NCBI RefSeq assembly: GCF_000010065.1 | Contig: NC_006576.1 | Coordinates: 2,610,001-2,642,000 of the forward strand | Source: Synechococcus elongatus PCC 6301 | GTDB lineage: Bacteria > Cyanobacteriota > Cyanobacteriia > Synechococcales > Synechococcaceae | Direction: 5' to 3' | DNA: 32,000 nt | Shown: in pieces, positions 8,706 to 18,193 of the stretch | How the letters are laid out: the number at the start of each line of letters is the position of its first letter | Position numbering within the stretch: position 1 is the stretch's first letter | The notes under the pieces: generated by a model | The model's database searches: none | What the model was told of the DNA's origin: nothing | What the model saw: only the letters and a program-made list of their open reading frames with translations | Position numbers and translations under genes: made by a program

Positions 8706-9365
8706 TCAAAGTAGACCCCGATAGCGAATAAAACTGAGGACAGCTGCCCAAGCACCAAGCGCCACTTTAATCGCTACGAGGATATTCAAAATAGGGATGA
8801 TCCCGCCGCTAAGGGGTGCTCCCAATTGACCTTGGGGAAGTTCAATTCCCGAGAGTGTCAAGACTGACAACACAATAAAAATTAGGACTGTAACTTTCTC
8901 CCAAGTTTCAGCATGCCAACGGTGATAAATGCTTTGCATCGCCTCTGGTGATGAAGTCATAGCAATCAAACCAATCGCTGTTCCACCTGCGACACCAGCT
9001 GCAAATCCGCCTCCTGGGCTGAGATGACCACGAATGGCTAGCTCGATACCGACGATTGCAGCGATCGTTGCGCCAAGCTGGGCAAGTAGTCGTGAGGGAG
9101 GGTCACTGAATTGATCAATTTTTGTTGATAGAGGTTCGTTCGCTAAAAGATAGCGAACGCCCATAATTGCGATTGTAAAGACAACGACCTCAAAAACAGT
9201 GTCGTAGAGTCGATTGCGAAAAATAACGCCTGAGACGGCGTTGATCACCCCAGTATCTTGAACGATTAATTCAACAATCGGAAAAGACTGCTGAGAGGTT
9301 GGGTTCGGCAATAGAATAATTTTGAAAAAGAAGAGCAGACCAGCAGCAAGGTAAATCCACTTCAT
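8706..9365 (-). CDS. mrpB: Mrp/Mnh cation:proton antiporter subunit B
   Basis: MnhB-like core (RYLLANEPLSTKI..., HLSPGGGFAAGVAGGTAIGLIAM); last gene of a tightly packed operon. Confidence 0.85.
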   Translation of the reverse strand: MKWIYLAAGLLFFFKIILLPNPTSQQSFPIVELIVQDTGVINAVSGVIFRNRLYDTVFEVVVFTIAIMGVRYLLANEPLSTKIDQFSDPPSRLLAQLGATIAAIVGIELAIRGHLSPGGGFAAGVAGGTAIGLIAMTSSPEAMQSIYHRWHAETWEKVTVLIFIVLSVLTLSGIELPQGQLGAPLSGGIIPILNILVAIKVALGAWAAVLSFIRYRGLL

Positions 9366-9943
9366 GAGAAAAGACCTTTTTTTGTTGATAATTCTTCGTA
9401 AATAACGTCAGTAAGAGATGAAACTGGTTGCATGGTCATAATCTCATAGACTCGCTGGAGTCTGGTTACTGTTTGATAGGCTGGGGAGGAATTTTCCTCC
9501 TCGAGCGCTTCAGAGCCTGACTGTAAACAGATCGCATGAATCTCCCTCTCGTGGAGTGCCTTGGCAAGGTTTTCACGATTGGAATAAGAAACAAGCTCTA
9601 CTTTCATTTGATACTGTTTAAAGATAGTACGGAAGTAATCCATCAGCTGGCTGAAATGGTTGGAGGGACTCGTTTCGAGAGTAGTAATTTCATCCTCGAG
9701 AACCCCTAAACGTAAAACCAACGAAGATCGCACTGCGATCGCATAAAGCATGACTACCAGTAATGTGCCGACTAAAGCTTCTGTTGGGGCAACATCAGCT
9801 GCTCCTAGTACTGTGTAAGCCAGTGTTGCGATGGCTCCGAAGATACCTCGAATAACTAATGCCCTATAAGGATTAATCTGGCAGATTAACAGTATTGAAG
9901 TGAGGGGAAGTAGCGCCATAATGAAGTAAAGATAGCTATCCAT
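9362..9943 (-). CDS. MrpA C-terminal (DUF4040/MbhD-like) domain protein with soluble C-terminal extension
   Basis: ATG 9943 gives MDSYLYFIMALLPLTSILLICQINPYRALVIRGIFGAIATLAYTVLGAADVAPTEALVGTLLVVMLYAIAVRSSLV, followed by a hydrophilic domain of about 100 aa. Confidence 0.75.
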   Translation of the reverse strand: MDSYLYFIMALLPLTSILLICQINPYRALVIRGIFGAIATLAYTVLGAADVAPTEALVGTLLVVMLYAIAVRSSLVLRLGVLEDEITTLETSPSNHFSQLMDYFRTIFKQYQMKVELVSYSNRENLAKALHEREIHAICLQSGSEALEEENSSPAYQTVTRLQRVYEIMTMQPVSSLTDVIYEELSTKKGLFS

Positions 9944-10229
9944 GGGTGGTTCTCTGACTCGTTGGACGATCGCTAGAGCAATAGGCAAGAACGTAGCTCA
10001 GCATAGTATTCCAAAGTGCTAAAGATAAAATGGCAAGGATAAGTAACGGGAGTTCTCTGGGTCTTTTTAAGAGTAGTCCCAAAATGATACTGATTGAACC
10101 TAAGGTGTCGGCAACTGAGAGGTTGTGAAGCTTGAACAGGAGCGATCGCCGGCTGAGGAGAACGGGTGTACCCCAAAGCCAGAAAAAAACGCCGAGGATA
10201 ATCAAGCAATAGCTTAGAAAATTAATCAT
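9936..10229 (-). CDS. mrpG: Mrp/Mnh antiporter subunit G
   Basis: MINFLSYCLIILGVFFWLWGTPVLLSRRSLLFKLHNLSVADTLGS; membrane protein in the correct operon position. Confidence 0.8.
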   Translation of the reverse strand: MINFLSYCLIILGVFFWLWGTPVLLSRRSLLFKLHNLSVADTLGSISIILGLLLKRPRELPLLILAILSLALWNTMLSYVLAYCSSDRPTSQRTTHG

Positions 10230-10483
10230 GAGTCGCTAAGTCGCTTCAATAGGTGGGCAATCAACATGAATCCAGAGTTGCCAACACTGAGAATAATCAC
10301 GCCAACCACGCCAATCATCCAGTCGTCTCGCAAAACAGAAACCAGGAGAATAATGACTGCTGTCTTTGTAGAAACACTGGAAAAGGCAAGCATTGTCTGC
10401 CAAATATCATCTCCTTTTAGCGATGTATAAAGAGGGACAAGTAAGGTCGCTATCATGATCATCAAGACAATATTTAAAGTCAT
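10226..10483 (-). CDS. mrpF: Mrp/Mnh antiporter subunit F
   Basis: Small hydrophobic protein in the conserved position, 4-nt overlap with neighbour. Confidence 0.75.
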   Translation of the reverse strand: MTLNIVLMIMIATLLVPLYTSLKGDDIWQTMLAFSSVSTKTAVIILLVSVLRDDWMIGVVGVIILSVGNSGFMLIAHLLKRLSDS

Positions 10484-10866
10484 AAACGCTTCCTCCGCAT
10501 GCGGTGTACCTCATACCAGCCACTGTCGTTGTATTTAAGAACAATGCTCTTAGGAGTCAGTGTGATCAGAAAAATATCTCGAAACATTAACCGTGGCGAT
10601 CGCTCAGACTTTATACGTTCAATCACAATCTCTTCTTGGAGATGGGGGTAAAAGATAATTTCAAAAGCTTCCCAATAAGCTTGGATAAATGCTATTAGAA
10701 CTTTCCAGATTCCAACAAGGATCTCCTTGATTTGTCGGAGTGATATTGATGTAGAGCTATAGGGTAAGAGTAGTGCAATGCTAATACCAATCACGATGTT
10801 GATAGGGCTGAAATTGGCTGTTAGCAAAAACCAAATTGTCAGTCTCAGAATGAGGTTTGTAATCAT
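10480..10866 (-). CDS. mrpE: Mrp/Mnh antiporter subunit E
   Basis: FSPINIVIGISIALLLPYSS...AFIQAYWEAFEIIFYPH...RSPRLMFRDIFLITLTPKSIVLKYNDSGWYEVHRM is MnhE-like. Confidence 0.8.
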   Translation of the reverse strand: MITNLILRLTIWFLLTANFSPINIVIGISIALLLPYSSTSISLRQIKEILVGIWKVLIAFIQAYWEAFEIIFYPHLQEEIVIERIKSERSPRLMFRDIFLITLTPKSIVLKYNDSGWYEVHRMRRKRL

Positions 10867-12305
10867 ACTGCCACTATGCCAAAAATTACAACTAGACTAA
10901 TAATCATCACTCCAATCAGATTCTCGAACTGTTCAATCGCTCTGGGCAACTTAATCACCAATCGCCGAAAGATGACTAAATAAGCGATCCATCCGATTAC
11001 AATCGTCGCCAAAGGTTTCAGGATATTCTCGAGTGTATAAGCTTCATAATAGACAATATTAGCAACTAAGAGCCCCCCTAGTAGAAGTGTCATCGCGATC
11101 CAAAATCCTTGTTTCTGAGATAATCGCTCAGTTGAACTCTCTTGCTGATGGGGTAGAAAAATAAACTTAGCAAAGGAGATCGCAGTTCCTACTGCTGCAA
11201 GATTCATTCCGATGACTTGCCAAGGCAGTAAATTTTTCATGGTCAGAACCTTAGCCCCAAATCCTGAAAGGAGTGGAAATCCTGAAATTGAGAAGCTGGC
11301 AATCACTAAAACAATCCAGATTGAGTTTGGAATCGGTTGTAGTTGAAGCTCTTTGATATTTCGACTGGGCAAAATTCCTGCAATTAAAAAGAGTGCAGCC
11401 TTGACTAAACCATGGGAAAGTGCGTAGAGGCCTCCCACTTCAGGGGCTGCCAAAATAAAACCAACCTGAGAAATAGTATGAAAGGCCAAGATCCGTTTGG
11501 CATCTTTCTCTAGAACTGCATAGAATACGCCGAGCAAGGCTGTGGCTACTCCAAAGATCCGAATGATTTGATCAACTGCTTCGAACAATAGAGCGCAGCG
11601 GACGAGTGGCAGTATCCCTGCTTTAACAACAACACCAGACATTAGGGCTGAAACAGGGGCTTCTGATTCTGAATGAGTGAGCGGTAGCCAGAAGCCTGAG
11701 ACAAAAATTCCGCCCTTAACGAGCAGGGCCATAAAAATTAAAGCGATCGCTTCTAAAGGAGCATTTTGTAACCCTTGAAAAGCGAAGGAATGATTAGCCT
11801 GATAAACCAAGATTGTGCCAACTAGATAAAACAGCATGGCAACATTGCTAACAAAGAGATATCGCAGACCAATCCAGATTGAGCGATCGTTTCGAGGATA
11901 TGAAATTAATAGAAAGGTCGCAATACTGAGAACTTCCAAAGCCACGTAGAGACTCATAAAGTCTGCACAGGCAAATGCCGCATTGACGCTGCCGTGCAAA
12001 ATCAAAAGCTGAGTGTAGAAAAAAGCGGTTTTATTGCTTTTCCAGCAGTAGCAAACGACTGCTGTGGTAACCAGGGCATTCGTGAGAATAAAAAATGCAG
12101 CTAGAGGATCAAGAATAAGATCAATACCAAATTGATCTAGAAACCTGAAGTCTACCGCTGTTCCTCCAAGAAAGAGCTTTCCTGCATAGGCTGCTGAAGC
12201 GATCGCAGCCAATAGGGCTAGTAATCGACTGGTGTTGGGAAGAATATAGGCTAAGAAGCCCAGCAAAAAGGGCGAAAAAATCCAAATCAGCGTTAGCTCT
12301 TTCAT
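10863..12305 (-). CDS. mrpD: Mrp/Mnh antiporter subunit D (NdhD/NuoM-like)
   Basis: 480-aa proton-translocating subunit family: SLYVALEVLSIATFLLISYPR...LPLTHSESEAPVSALMSGVVVKAGILPL...KRILAFHTISQVGFIL. Confidence 0.88.
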   Translation of the reverse strand: MKELTLIWIFSPFLLGFLAYILPNTSRLLALLAAIASAAYAGKLFLGGTAVDFRFLDQFGIDLILDPLAAFFILTNALVTTAVVCYCWKSNKTAFFYTQLLILHGSVNAAFACADFMSLYVALEVLSIATFLLISYPRNDRSIWIGLRYLFVSNVAMLFYLVGTILVYQANHSFAFQGLQNAPLEAIALIFMALLVKGGIFVSGFWLPLTHSESEAPVSALMSGVVVKAGILPLVRCALLFEAVDQIIRIFGVATALLGVFYAVLEKDAKRILAFHTISQVGFILAAPEVGGLYALSHGLVKAALFLIAGILPSRNIKELQLQPIPNSIWIVLVIASFSISGFPLLSGFGAKVLTMKNLLPWQVIGMNLAAVGTAISFAKFIFLPHQQESSTERLSQKQGFWIAMTLLLGGLLVANIVYYEAYTLENILKPLATIVIGWIAYLVIFRRLVIKLPRAIEQFENLIGVMIISLVVIFGIVAV

Positions 12306-12661
12306 TGCGTATTGCTGCGCTCAACTTCACTGATTTCTAAGGTGGGATTATTCCTCGATAGCTTCATGATCCCAACTAAAATCAGTGCTTGAACTGAAAA
12401 GCCAATCACGATTGCTGTTAGGATGACTGCCTGGGGAACGGGATCGGCATAGGCTTGATTCTGATCGGTGATCAAAATTGGTGTGAAGAGCCCTTCCCTG
12501 GCTGCAACAACGACGTAATACGTGATTACACCAGTACTCATCACATCCATTGCAATGACTTTCATGATCAGATTTTTCTTGAATAGAGTCCCAAAAAATC
12601 CAATCAGTAGTGTTGCTAGAATCAAGCCCTCTATCACCAGCAAATCTCCGTGGCAATGCAA
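12302..12661 (-). CDS. mrpC: Mrp/Mnh antiporter subunit C (NuoK-like)
   Basis: KNLIMKVIAMDVMSTGVITYYVVVA...DPVPQAVILTAIVIGFSVQALIL is NuoK/MnhC-like; 4-nt overlap with mrpD. Confidence 0.85.
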   Translation of the reverse strand: MHCHGDLLVIEGLILATLLIGFFGTLFKKNLIMKVIAMDVMSTGVITYYVVVAAREGLFTPILITDQNQAYADPVPQAVILTAIVIGFSVQALILVGIMKLSRNNPTLEISEVERSNTQ

Positions 12662-13010
12662 CTAAATATTAATCAAAATAATAACTTGTTTTTTGGTTAA
12701 ATGAAAAACATTGAAGTATCTATCAAGATATCAATACTCTCTATAAAATCTTTTAAAGAATCAGTCTTCGCTCTTTCAGAATTGCTTTTTAGTTTAGTTG
12801 CTTTTAATGAGTATATTAGACTTTGTCAATGAGTTAAAATAATAACAGCAACAAGTTTGTTTTTAAGCATTTAAGCGTTAAAACTCCTATCTGCTTGAGG
12901 ATGACTTCCCCAAAAAGTACTGTTGTCCTCTCAAAAACAATGGGCTGAAATCAAATAACTTATTAGTCGAAAAATTGCTGCTGAAGGTTCCTTCAACCCT
13001 GGTAATAGCT

Positions 13011-13045
13011 AAGGTCTGCCGCGCCCAGAGCACAGCAGACCTTAC
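13011..13045 (-). terminator. Hairpin downstream of sbtA
   Basis: TAAGGTCTGC(13011-13020)/GCAGACCTTA(13036-13045), 10-bp perfect stem, just past the sbtA stop; no strong T-tract. Confidence 0.55.
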
Positions 13046-13056
13046 CTGTTGAGCGA

Positions 13057-14178
13057 TTAGCCGCCAATGGTTTGGGCAAGGCCAAGGAACAGCGGAATGG
13101 CAATCCCGATTGCCACAGGAGTTCCGATCGCGGTGGAAGCCCCGATGTAGGCAGAGGGGTTGGCAGAAGGAATGCCAGCGCGCAGCGTCGGGGGACCGGA
13201 AATGTCGGAACTAGAGGCAGCGATGACTGCCAGAACCACAACGCCGCCCATGCTAAAACCAGTTGCGTAGTGCGCAATCATGCCAAGGCCGAAGGCAATG
13301 AACCCATGGGCTAGCGGCGCCACGATACTGTAGACGACGTACCACTGAGCTACTTTACGCAGCTCACTAATTCTCGACCATGCTTCCATGCCCATGACCA
13401 GCATCAGGATGGAAAGCAGCCCCCGGAAGAGAGGATCGTAGAAACCTTCGTAGACACTTTCTGGACGGGCAAACAGACCCAGAGCAACGCCAAGCAACAT
13501 TGCTGATAGGGCTGGACCTTGCAGGCTTTCTTCTACAATCGGCCAGATTTTGACCCGATGATCCCCAGACTCTTGCTGAGCATATTCGCGCCGGCTGCTG
13601 GGATAGTCCGACGAGCTGGAATAGTCGCCAGCGGCAACGGGCTGCTTGCTGTAAGCCCCCTGGGCTGACGCGAAAGCTGCTTCTTTCCGCTTCTTCTTAT
13701 TGAGATAGATGTTGGCGACGACGATCGCAGTCACCAAGGCCGGAATATCCATGAAGGGATAAAGCGCACCGGCCCAAGCTTCGTAGGGAATTTTTTGCTC
13801 TTCAAGGAGGGTTAGAGCTGCGGCCATCGTCGAGCCACTCACAGCACCAAAGAGCCCTCCCGTTGCGATCGCATCCACTGTTTTAACCTTTGGCATTCTC
13901 GCCAAGGTGTAGCGGGCGATGAAGACGATCAGAATGCCAATCGCTACTGAAAAGAGCGCGGGTAGGACCATCTCCGTCAAATTCGAGTTGCGGATCGCCA
14001 TACCGCCGGTCAGACCAATCTTGGTCAGCAGCATGAAAACGATGATCTTACAAATCGACTCTGGGATTTGCAGCTGACTACCACAGGCAGCAATAACCAT
14101 GCCGCCAATCAGAAAGCTGAGTGTTGGAGACTGCAGCTGCTTAACGAAGTCCATTAAGAAATTGGACAAGAAATCCAC
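13057..14178 (-). CDS. sbtA: Sodium-dependent bicarbonate transporter SbtA
   Basis: VDFLSNFLMDFVKQLQSPTLSFLIGGMVIAACGSQLQIPESICKIIVFMLLTKIGLTGGMAIRNSNL... SGPPTLRAGIPSANPSAYIGASTAIGTPVAIGI. GTG start 14178 preceded by GGAGGAGATACCC gives 373 aa; the tracked 14229 start is too long. Confidence 0.95.
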   Translation of the reverse strand: MDFLSNFLMDFVKQLQSPTLSFLIGGMVIAACGSQLQIPESICKIIVFMLLTKIGLTGGMAIRNSNLTEMVLPALFSVAIGILIVFIARYTLARMPKVKTVDAIATGGLFGAVSGSTMAAALTLLEEQKIPYEAWAGALYPFMDIPALVTAIVVANIYLNKKKRKEAAFASAQGAYSKQPVAAGDYSSSSDYPSSRREYAQQESGDHRVKIWPIVEESLQGPALSAMLLGVALGLFARPESVYEGFYDPLFRGLLSILMLVMGMEAWSRISELRKVAQWYVVYSIVAPLAHGFIAFGLGMIAHYATGFSMGGVVVLAVIAASSSDISGPPTLRAGIPSANPSAYIGASTAIGTPVAIGIAIPLFLGLAQTIGG

Positions 14179-14274
14179 GGGTATCTCCTCCTGTCTCCTC
14201 GAATGAAGAGCAACGATTGTGAACAGCAAGCTTTTGAAAAGCAGCTGAAAATAAGGGTGAATTGCTTCGCCCTA

Positions 14275-14290
14275 ACAACACAGGTGTTGT
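14275..14290. promoter_or_regulatory. Operator-like inverted repeat upstream of sbtA
   Basis: ACAACAC-AG-GTGTTGT (7-bp arms) about 100 nt upstream of the sbtA GTG. Confidence 0.35.
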
Positions 14291-14928
14291 CTAAAAATTG
14301 ATTGACAGGATAGGCAGAGAGAATTTTCTCTTCAGGAGAACAGAGGTGATTGCAAAACTGCATCACTCCATAGATTCCTGTCTATTCAGATCCGTATCCC
14401 TGTGTGGCTAAGTCTATCTTGAGGAGGACAGTTTTGTTTGCTTCACACCCTAAATTTGTAGCGCAATGTCAAATCTATTCCATAAGTTTTCCTTTATCCC
14501 GCGATCGCTAATCGCAGGTTCGTCTAATACAAATCATGATCGCAGAGTTTTATCAATGATTAATGATTGCTTTGGGAAAACGATTGATTAGAGCCAAGGT
14601 CTAAGACGATTCGGCGCTGATCAATGCCACTGATTGAGGCCATTGCCTACATTGTCTAAAGGGATGCATCAGTAAAACTTTGAATTGATTCCGGCAAGGC
14701 AACGGTTTGCGCTTGCTAGCAATGCCTCAGGATTAATAAGGCACAGCAATGCAGTCGGGCAAGCAGGCTCGCGGAAGGCGCAATTGTCTACCTGTCAATG
14801 CTCATCATTCGCAACAATCTATTCCCCGCAAGAGTAGTAGCCTCCTAGAGTTTTGGCATAGACTCAACAATATGGCTCAAAACTAAACCATAGACTTCTG
14901 TCTTGGATCATCCTAGTAAACTGCCTGA

Positions 14929-15255
<327 letters not shown>

Positions 15256-15365
15256 TCTGACCTCGATGAGCTGAAGGGTCTCTGCCGTCTCGATTGAGCG
15301 TCAGTCCCTTCCGCTAAAAGTCGAGGAAGTTAACTCAGGTGTTAGTCGAGCGATCGCGTCAGGAT

Positions 15366-17561
15366 TTACCCTCGCGATCGCCGTAAATCTGCTGTCTCGG
15401 GAAACTCTTTGGAGCTGGGGAGGATCGGCCAGCGTTGCCAAGCGATCGCGGCCATCGGTTGAAAGCGATCGCGACAGCGTTGGGCTGCTTCGGCTGTAGA
15501 AGTTGGTAGCTGTTCATAAAAACCACCATCGGGGGCTTCAGGCCAATAGCAACAGCCCCCGAGTCCTTGTTGCCCTTCAAACAACTGAATTTCTAAGGGA
15601 ATTTGTGGTGCGATCGTGGCTAGGGGTAAAGTGCCCGGCCGTTGGCGTGCTTGGAAGCGGACGATCGCGATCGCTTGATCCAGGCCGGCGGGTTGCCAAG
15701 CAATCTGCCACCCATTACAGATGATCCGCAGCGATCGTAGGCGATCGGCTGGGCCTTGCACCCGAATTTGCAGACGTTCCAAGGAGGCATCGACGCCGCG
15801 ACTGGTGCCGCCCTGATTGACGTCCTCCGCTAGAACCGGCCAGGGTTCCAGGCTGTGCCGGAGTTCCAGCGACCAATCGGAGGCGATGGAACAGCATCCA
15901 AGCGTCGGAAAGCGATCGGCAAAGTGACTGGCAAACCAAGCGGGATTAAAGACAAATCCGGCGCGATTAAGGTCAGCCAATACACTCTGAAAATCAGCTT
16001 GAATGGCGGCTGGGCTGAGGAAGCGATCGTGCAGCTCAGTTCCCCAGCGGCGCAGGGGTGCCTGAAAAGGCGATCGCCAGAACCAAGCGACCAAAGCACG
16101 CACCAATAGCAGTTGCAGCAATCGTTCTGCCGCATCGGGGGGCATGGCAAATGCCCGCAGTTCCAACACGCCCCACTGCTGAGTGGGAATGCGACTCGGC
16201 CAGAGTTTATCGAGGCAAAATTCAGCGCGGTGGGTGTTACCACTGACATCAGCGAGCAAATGCCCTAAGAGAGCATCGATCGCTGCCGGATTGAGATCCG
16301 CTCGTAGCTGCTCAAAGGCCAGCTCCAGCTCGTAGAGAATTTCCGGCCGTCCTTCATCGACGCGAGGGGCTTGGCAGGTTGGGCCAATGAACCAGCCGGC
16401 AAAGCCGTAGGACAGGCTGGGGTGATGCTGCCAGTAGCTGATCAGGCTCTGTAGTAAATCCGGTCGTCGCAAGAGTGGACTGGTCTGGGGCGACCGCCCG
16501 CCCAGGGTAATGTGAGCCCCACCACCCGTATCCGTCAGAAGCCCATTGAACTGAAAGCGCTGTGCGGTCAACCCTAGGGACTGCGCCTCTTGATAGAGAC
16601 ACTGGGTTTGGGCAACCAGCGATCGCCAATCGCCAACCGGATGAATGTTGACCTCTAGTACCCCCGGATCCGGCGTCACTTGCAGACCCAGCAATTCAGG
16701 ATGACGGGACGGTGGATAGCCCTCTAGGCGAATCGGCTGCTGCAGGATGTCACTGGTTTTGGCGATCGCCTGCACGAGCTGGAGATGAGCCGGGACAGAA
16801 ATCAAGGGTGGCAAAAAGACGCGCAACTGCTGCTCAACTTGTCGCACCACCAAGGCAAGCTTGAGGCTGTTCGGCGGCGCGAGGATCGCAGGTCCAGGCT
16901 GCCATGAGTCTAAATCGGTGCTGTCATCGGGCTCGTAGGGTAGGTCGATATCGCCCAACTGCTGCAGAGGGAGACGCAAACCTAGGGGTGTCTCGCCTTC
17001 TAGGGGCACTAAGTTTGCAGACTCGGGCGCGATCCAAGCACAGGTTGCCCAAGCCGGTTGATCTGCCCTACGAATCGGGAGCAGTGGCAAAACCACCGCG
17101 CTTTCGGCTGGAACAATCCAAGGCTCCACAACCGGTAATTGCAGGACTTGCTGCAGCGTTTGGACGAATTGTTGGGCGGCATCAGTCGCAATCGCAGCTG
17201 TCGTTGCGGTAGAAACAGTCAGCGGTTCGCCACGCCAAAGTGGTTGTCCATCTCGCCGCCAGTAGGCACCTAAAGCCCAGCGCGGTGCCAGTTCACCCGG
17301 GTACCACTTGCCGGTTCCCTCCAGCAGGAGCGGCTGGGGCAGTTGAAAAGCGGTGACCAAGCGATCGAGCAGGCTTAGTCCCAGCTGATATTTCTCAGCC
17401 CCGAGGGCCGCCGTTCGCCATTGCAGATCCTCAAGCTGGTTGGCGGCGACAAACGTCGGTTCACCCCCCATCCACAGCTCTACACCGCTTGCTTGTAGGG
17501 CCGCTTCTACCCGATCGCCCAGCGCTGCGATCGCTGTCCAATGTTTTGCCGCTGACCCCAT
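15366..17561 (-). CDS. DUF2126-like protein (stand-alone, 731 aa)
   Basis: ELWMGGEPTFV near the N-terminus and LLTDTGGGAHITLGG...YWQHHPSLSYGFAGWFIGPTCQAPRVDEGRPEILYELELAFEQL, matching my recollection of the DUF2126 family associated with transglutaminase-like proteins. Confidence 0.7.
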   Translation of the reverse strand: MGSAAKHWTAIAALGDRVEAALQASGVELWMGGEPTFVAANQLEDLQWRTAALGAEKYQLGLSLLDRLVTAFQLPQPLLLEGTGKWYPGELAPRWALGAYWRRDGQPLWRGEPLTVSTATTAAIATDAAQQFVQTLQQVLQLPVVEPWIVPAESAVVLPLLPIRRADQPAWATCAWIAPESANLVPLEGETPLGLRLPLQQLGDIDLPYEPDDSTDLDSWQPGPAILAPPNSLKLALVVRQVEQQLRVFLPPLISVPAHLQLVQAIAKTSDILQQPIRLEGYPPSRHPELLGLQVTPDPGVLEVNIHPVGDWRSLVAQTQCLYQEAQSLGLTAQRFQFNGLLTDTGGGAHITLGGRSPQTSPLLRRPDLLQSLISYWQHHPSLSYGFAGWFIGPTCQAPRVDEGRPEILYELELAFEQLRADLNPAAIDALLGHLLADVSGNTHRAEFCLDKLWPSRIPTQQWGVLELRAFAMPPDAAERLLQLLLVRALVAWFWRSPFQAPLRRWGTELHDRFLSPAAIQADFQSVLADLNRAGFVFNPAWFASHFADRFPTLGCCSIASDWSLELRHSLEPWPVLAEDVNQGGTSRGVDASLERLQIRVQGPADRLRSLRIICNGWQIAWQPAGLDQAIAIVRFQARQRPGTLPLATIAPQIPLEIQLFEGQQGLGGCCYWPEAPDGGFYEQLPTSTAEAAQRCRDRFQPMAAIAWQRWPILPSSKEFPETADLRRSRG

Positions 17562-17638
17562 CGCTTGCCCCGTGACGGTGCTCCCTAGAAAGCCATGTCC
17601 GCGTTTGGGCTGCAGTGTCAGATGTTACGAGAAGGGGG

Positions 17639-18076
17639 CTACAGGGTTTCAAGGTAGCGCAAGAGGTCGGCCATGGTTTCTGGACTGGGCTGAAACTTAG
17701 GCATGGGAGGCGTTTCGCCAGTCGTTACCTGCCGGATCAAATCTTTGCGGGACTTGCGATTGGAGACATTAGCCAGGTCCGGTCCAACCAAACCCCGTCC
17801 TTCAGGCCCATGGCAGCCGGCACAGTTGATTTGAAAGATTGCCTGGCCGCGCTCAGCATTGCCCGGCAGGTTTAGCACCGTGCTGACGTAGGGATCGGCA
17901 GGACGAATAAGCGTGACCACTAGGCCGATCGCAACCATGACAGCAGTTGCCAGGAGCCAGCCCAAGGTCTGAGCGGCGCGAGATTCAATCGATTTGGAAA
18001 GAGATTGTTCCACAGCGCTCGCGATCGCGGGACTGAGACTGTCAGTCGTTTGCAGGACGTGTCTCAGAAGGATCAT
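17639..18076 (-). CDS. cytM: Cytochrome cM-like c-type cytochrome
   Basis: N-terminal TM (LGWLLATAVMVAIGLVV), CAGCH haem motif, distal Met in TPPMPKF; size and context fit CytM. Confidence 0.8.
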   Translation of the reverse strand: MILLRHVLQTTDSLSPAIASAVEQSLSKSIESRAAQTLGWLLATAVMVAIGLVVTLIRPADPYVSTVLNLPGNAERGQAIFQINCAGCHGPEGRGLVGPDLANVSNRKSRKDLIRQVTTGETPPMPKFQPSPETMADLLRYLETL

Positions 18077-18193
18077 ACACCTTTACAATTAGAGGGGTAG
18101 CAGCAGCAATCGCCCCTTGCCTTGGGCTTTTCGGGGAGCTAGCTCAATCGCTACACTGCTTAAGCACCCTGTATTTCCAAGAGGCAGCCAATC

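Noticed and set aside
13072-13314. Plus-strand ORF antisense to sbtA
   Set aside because: Antisense frame of a highly conserved transporter; no RBS or family signature.
15503-17700. Several plus-strand ORFs within the DUF2126-like gene (15503, 15715, 15855, 16058, 16904, 17440)
   Set aside because: GC-rich shadow frames of one long 731-aa gene.
18136-18190. tRNA-like start GGGGAGCTAGCTCAATCG upstream of petG
   Set aside because: No matching acceptor/anticodon stems and no GTTCRA T-loop on either strand; it is the cytM/petG divergent promoter region.
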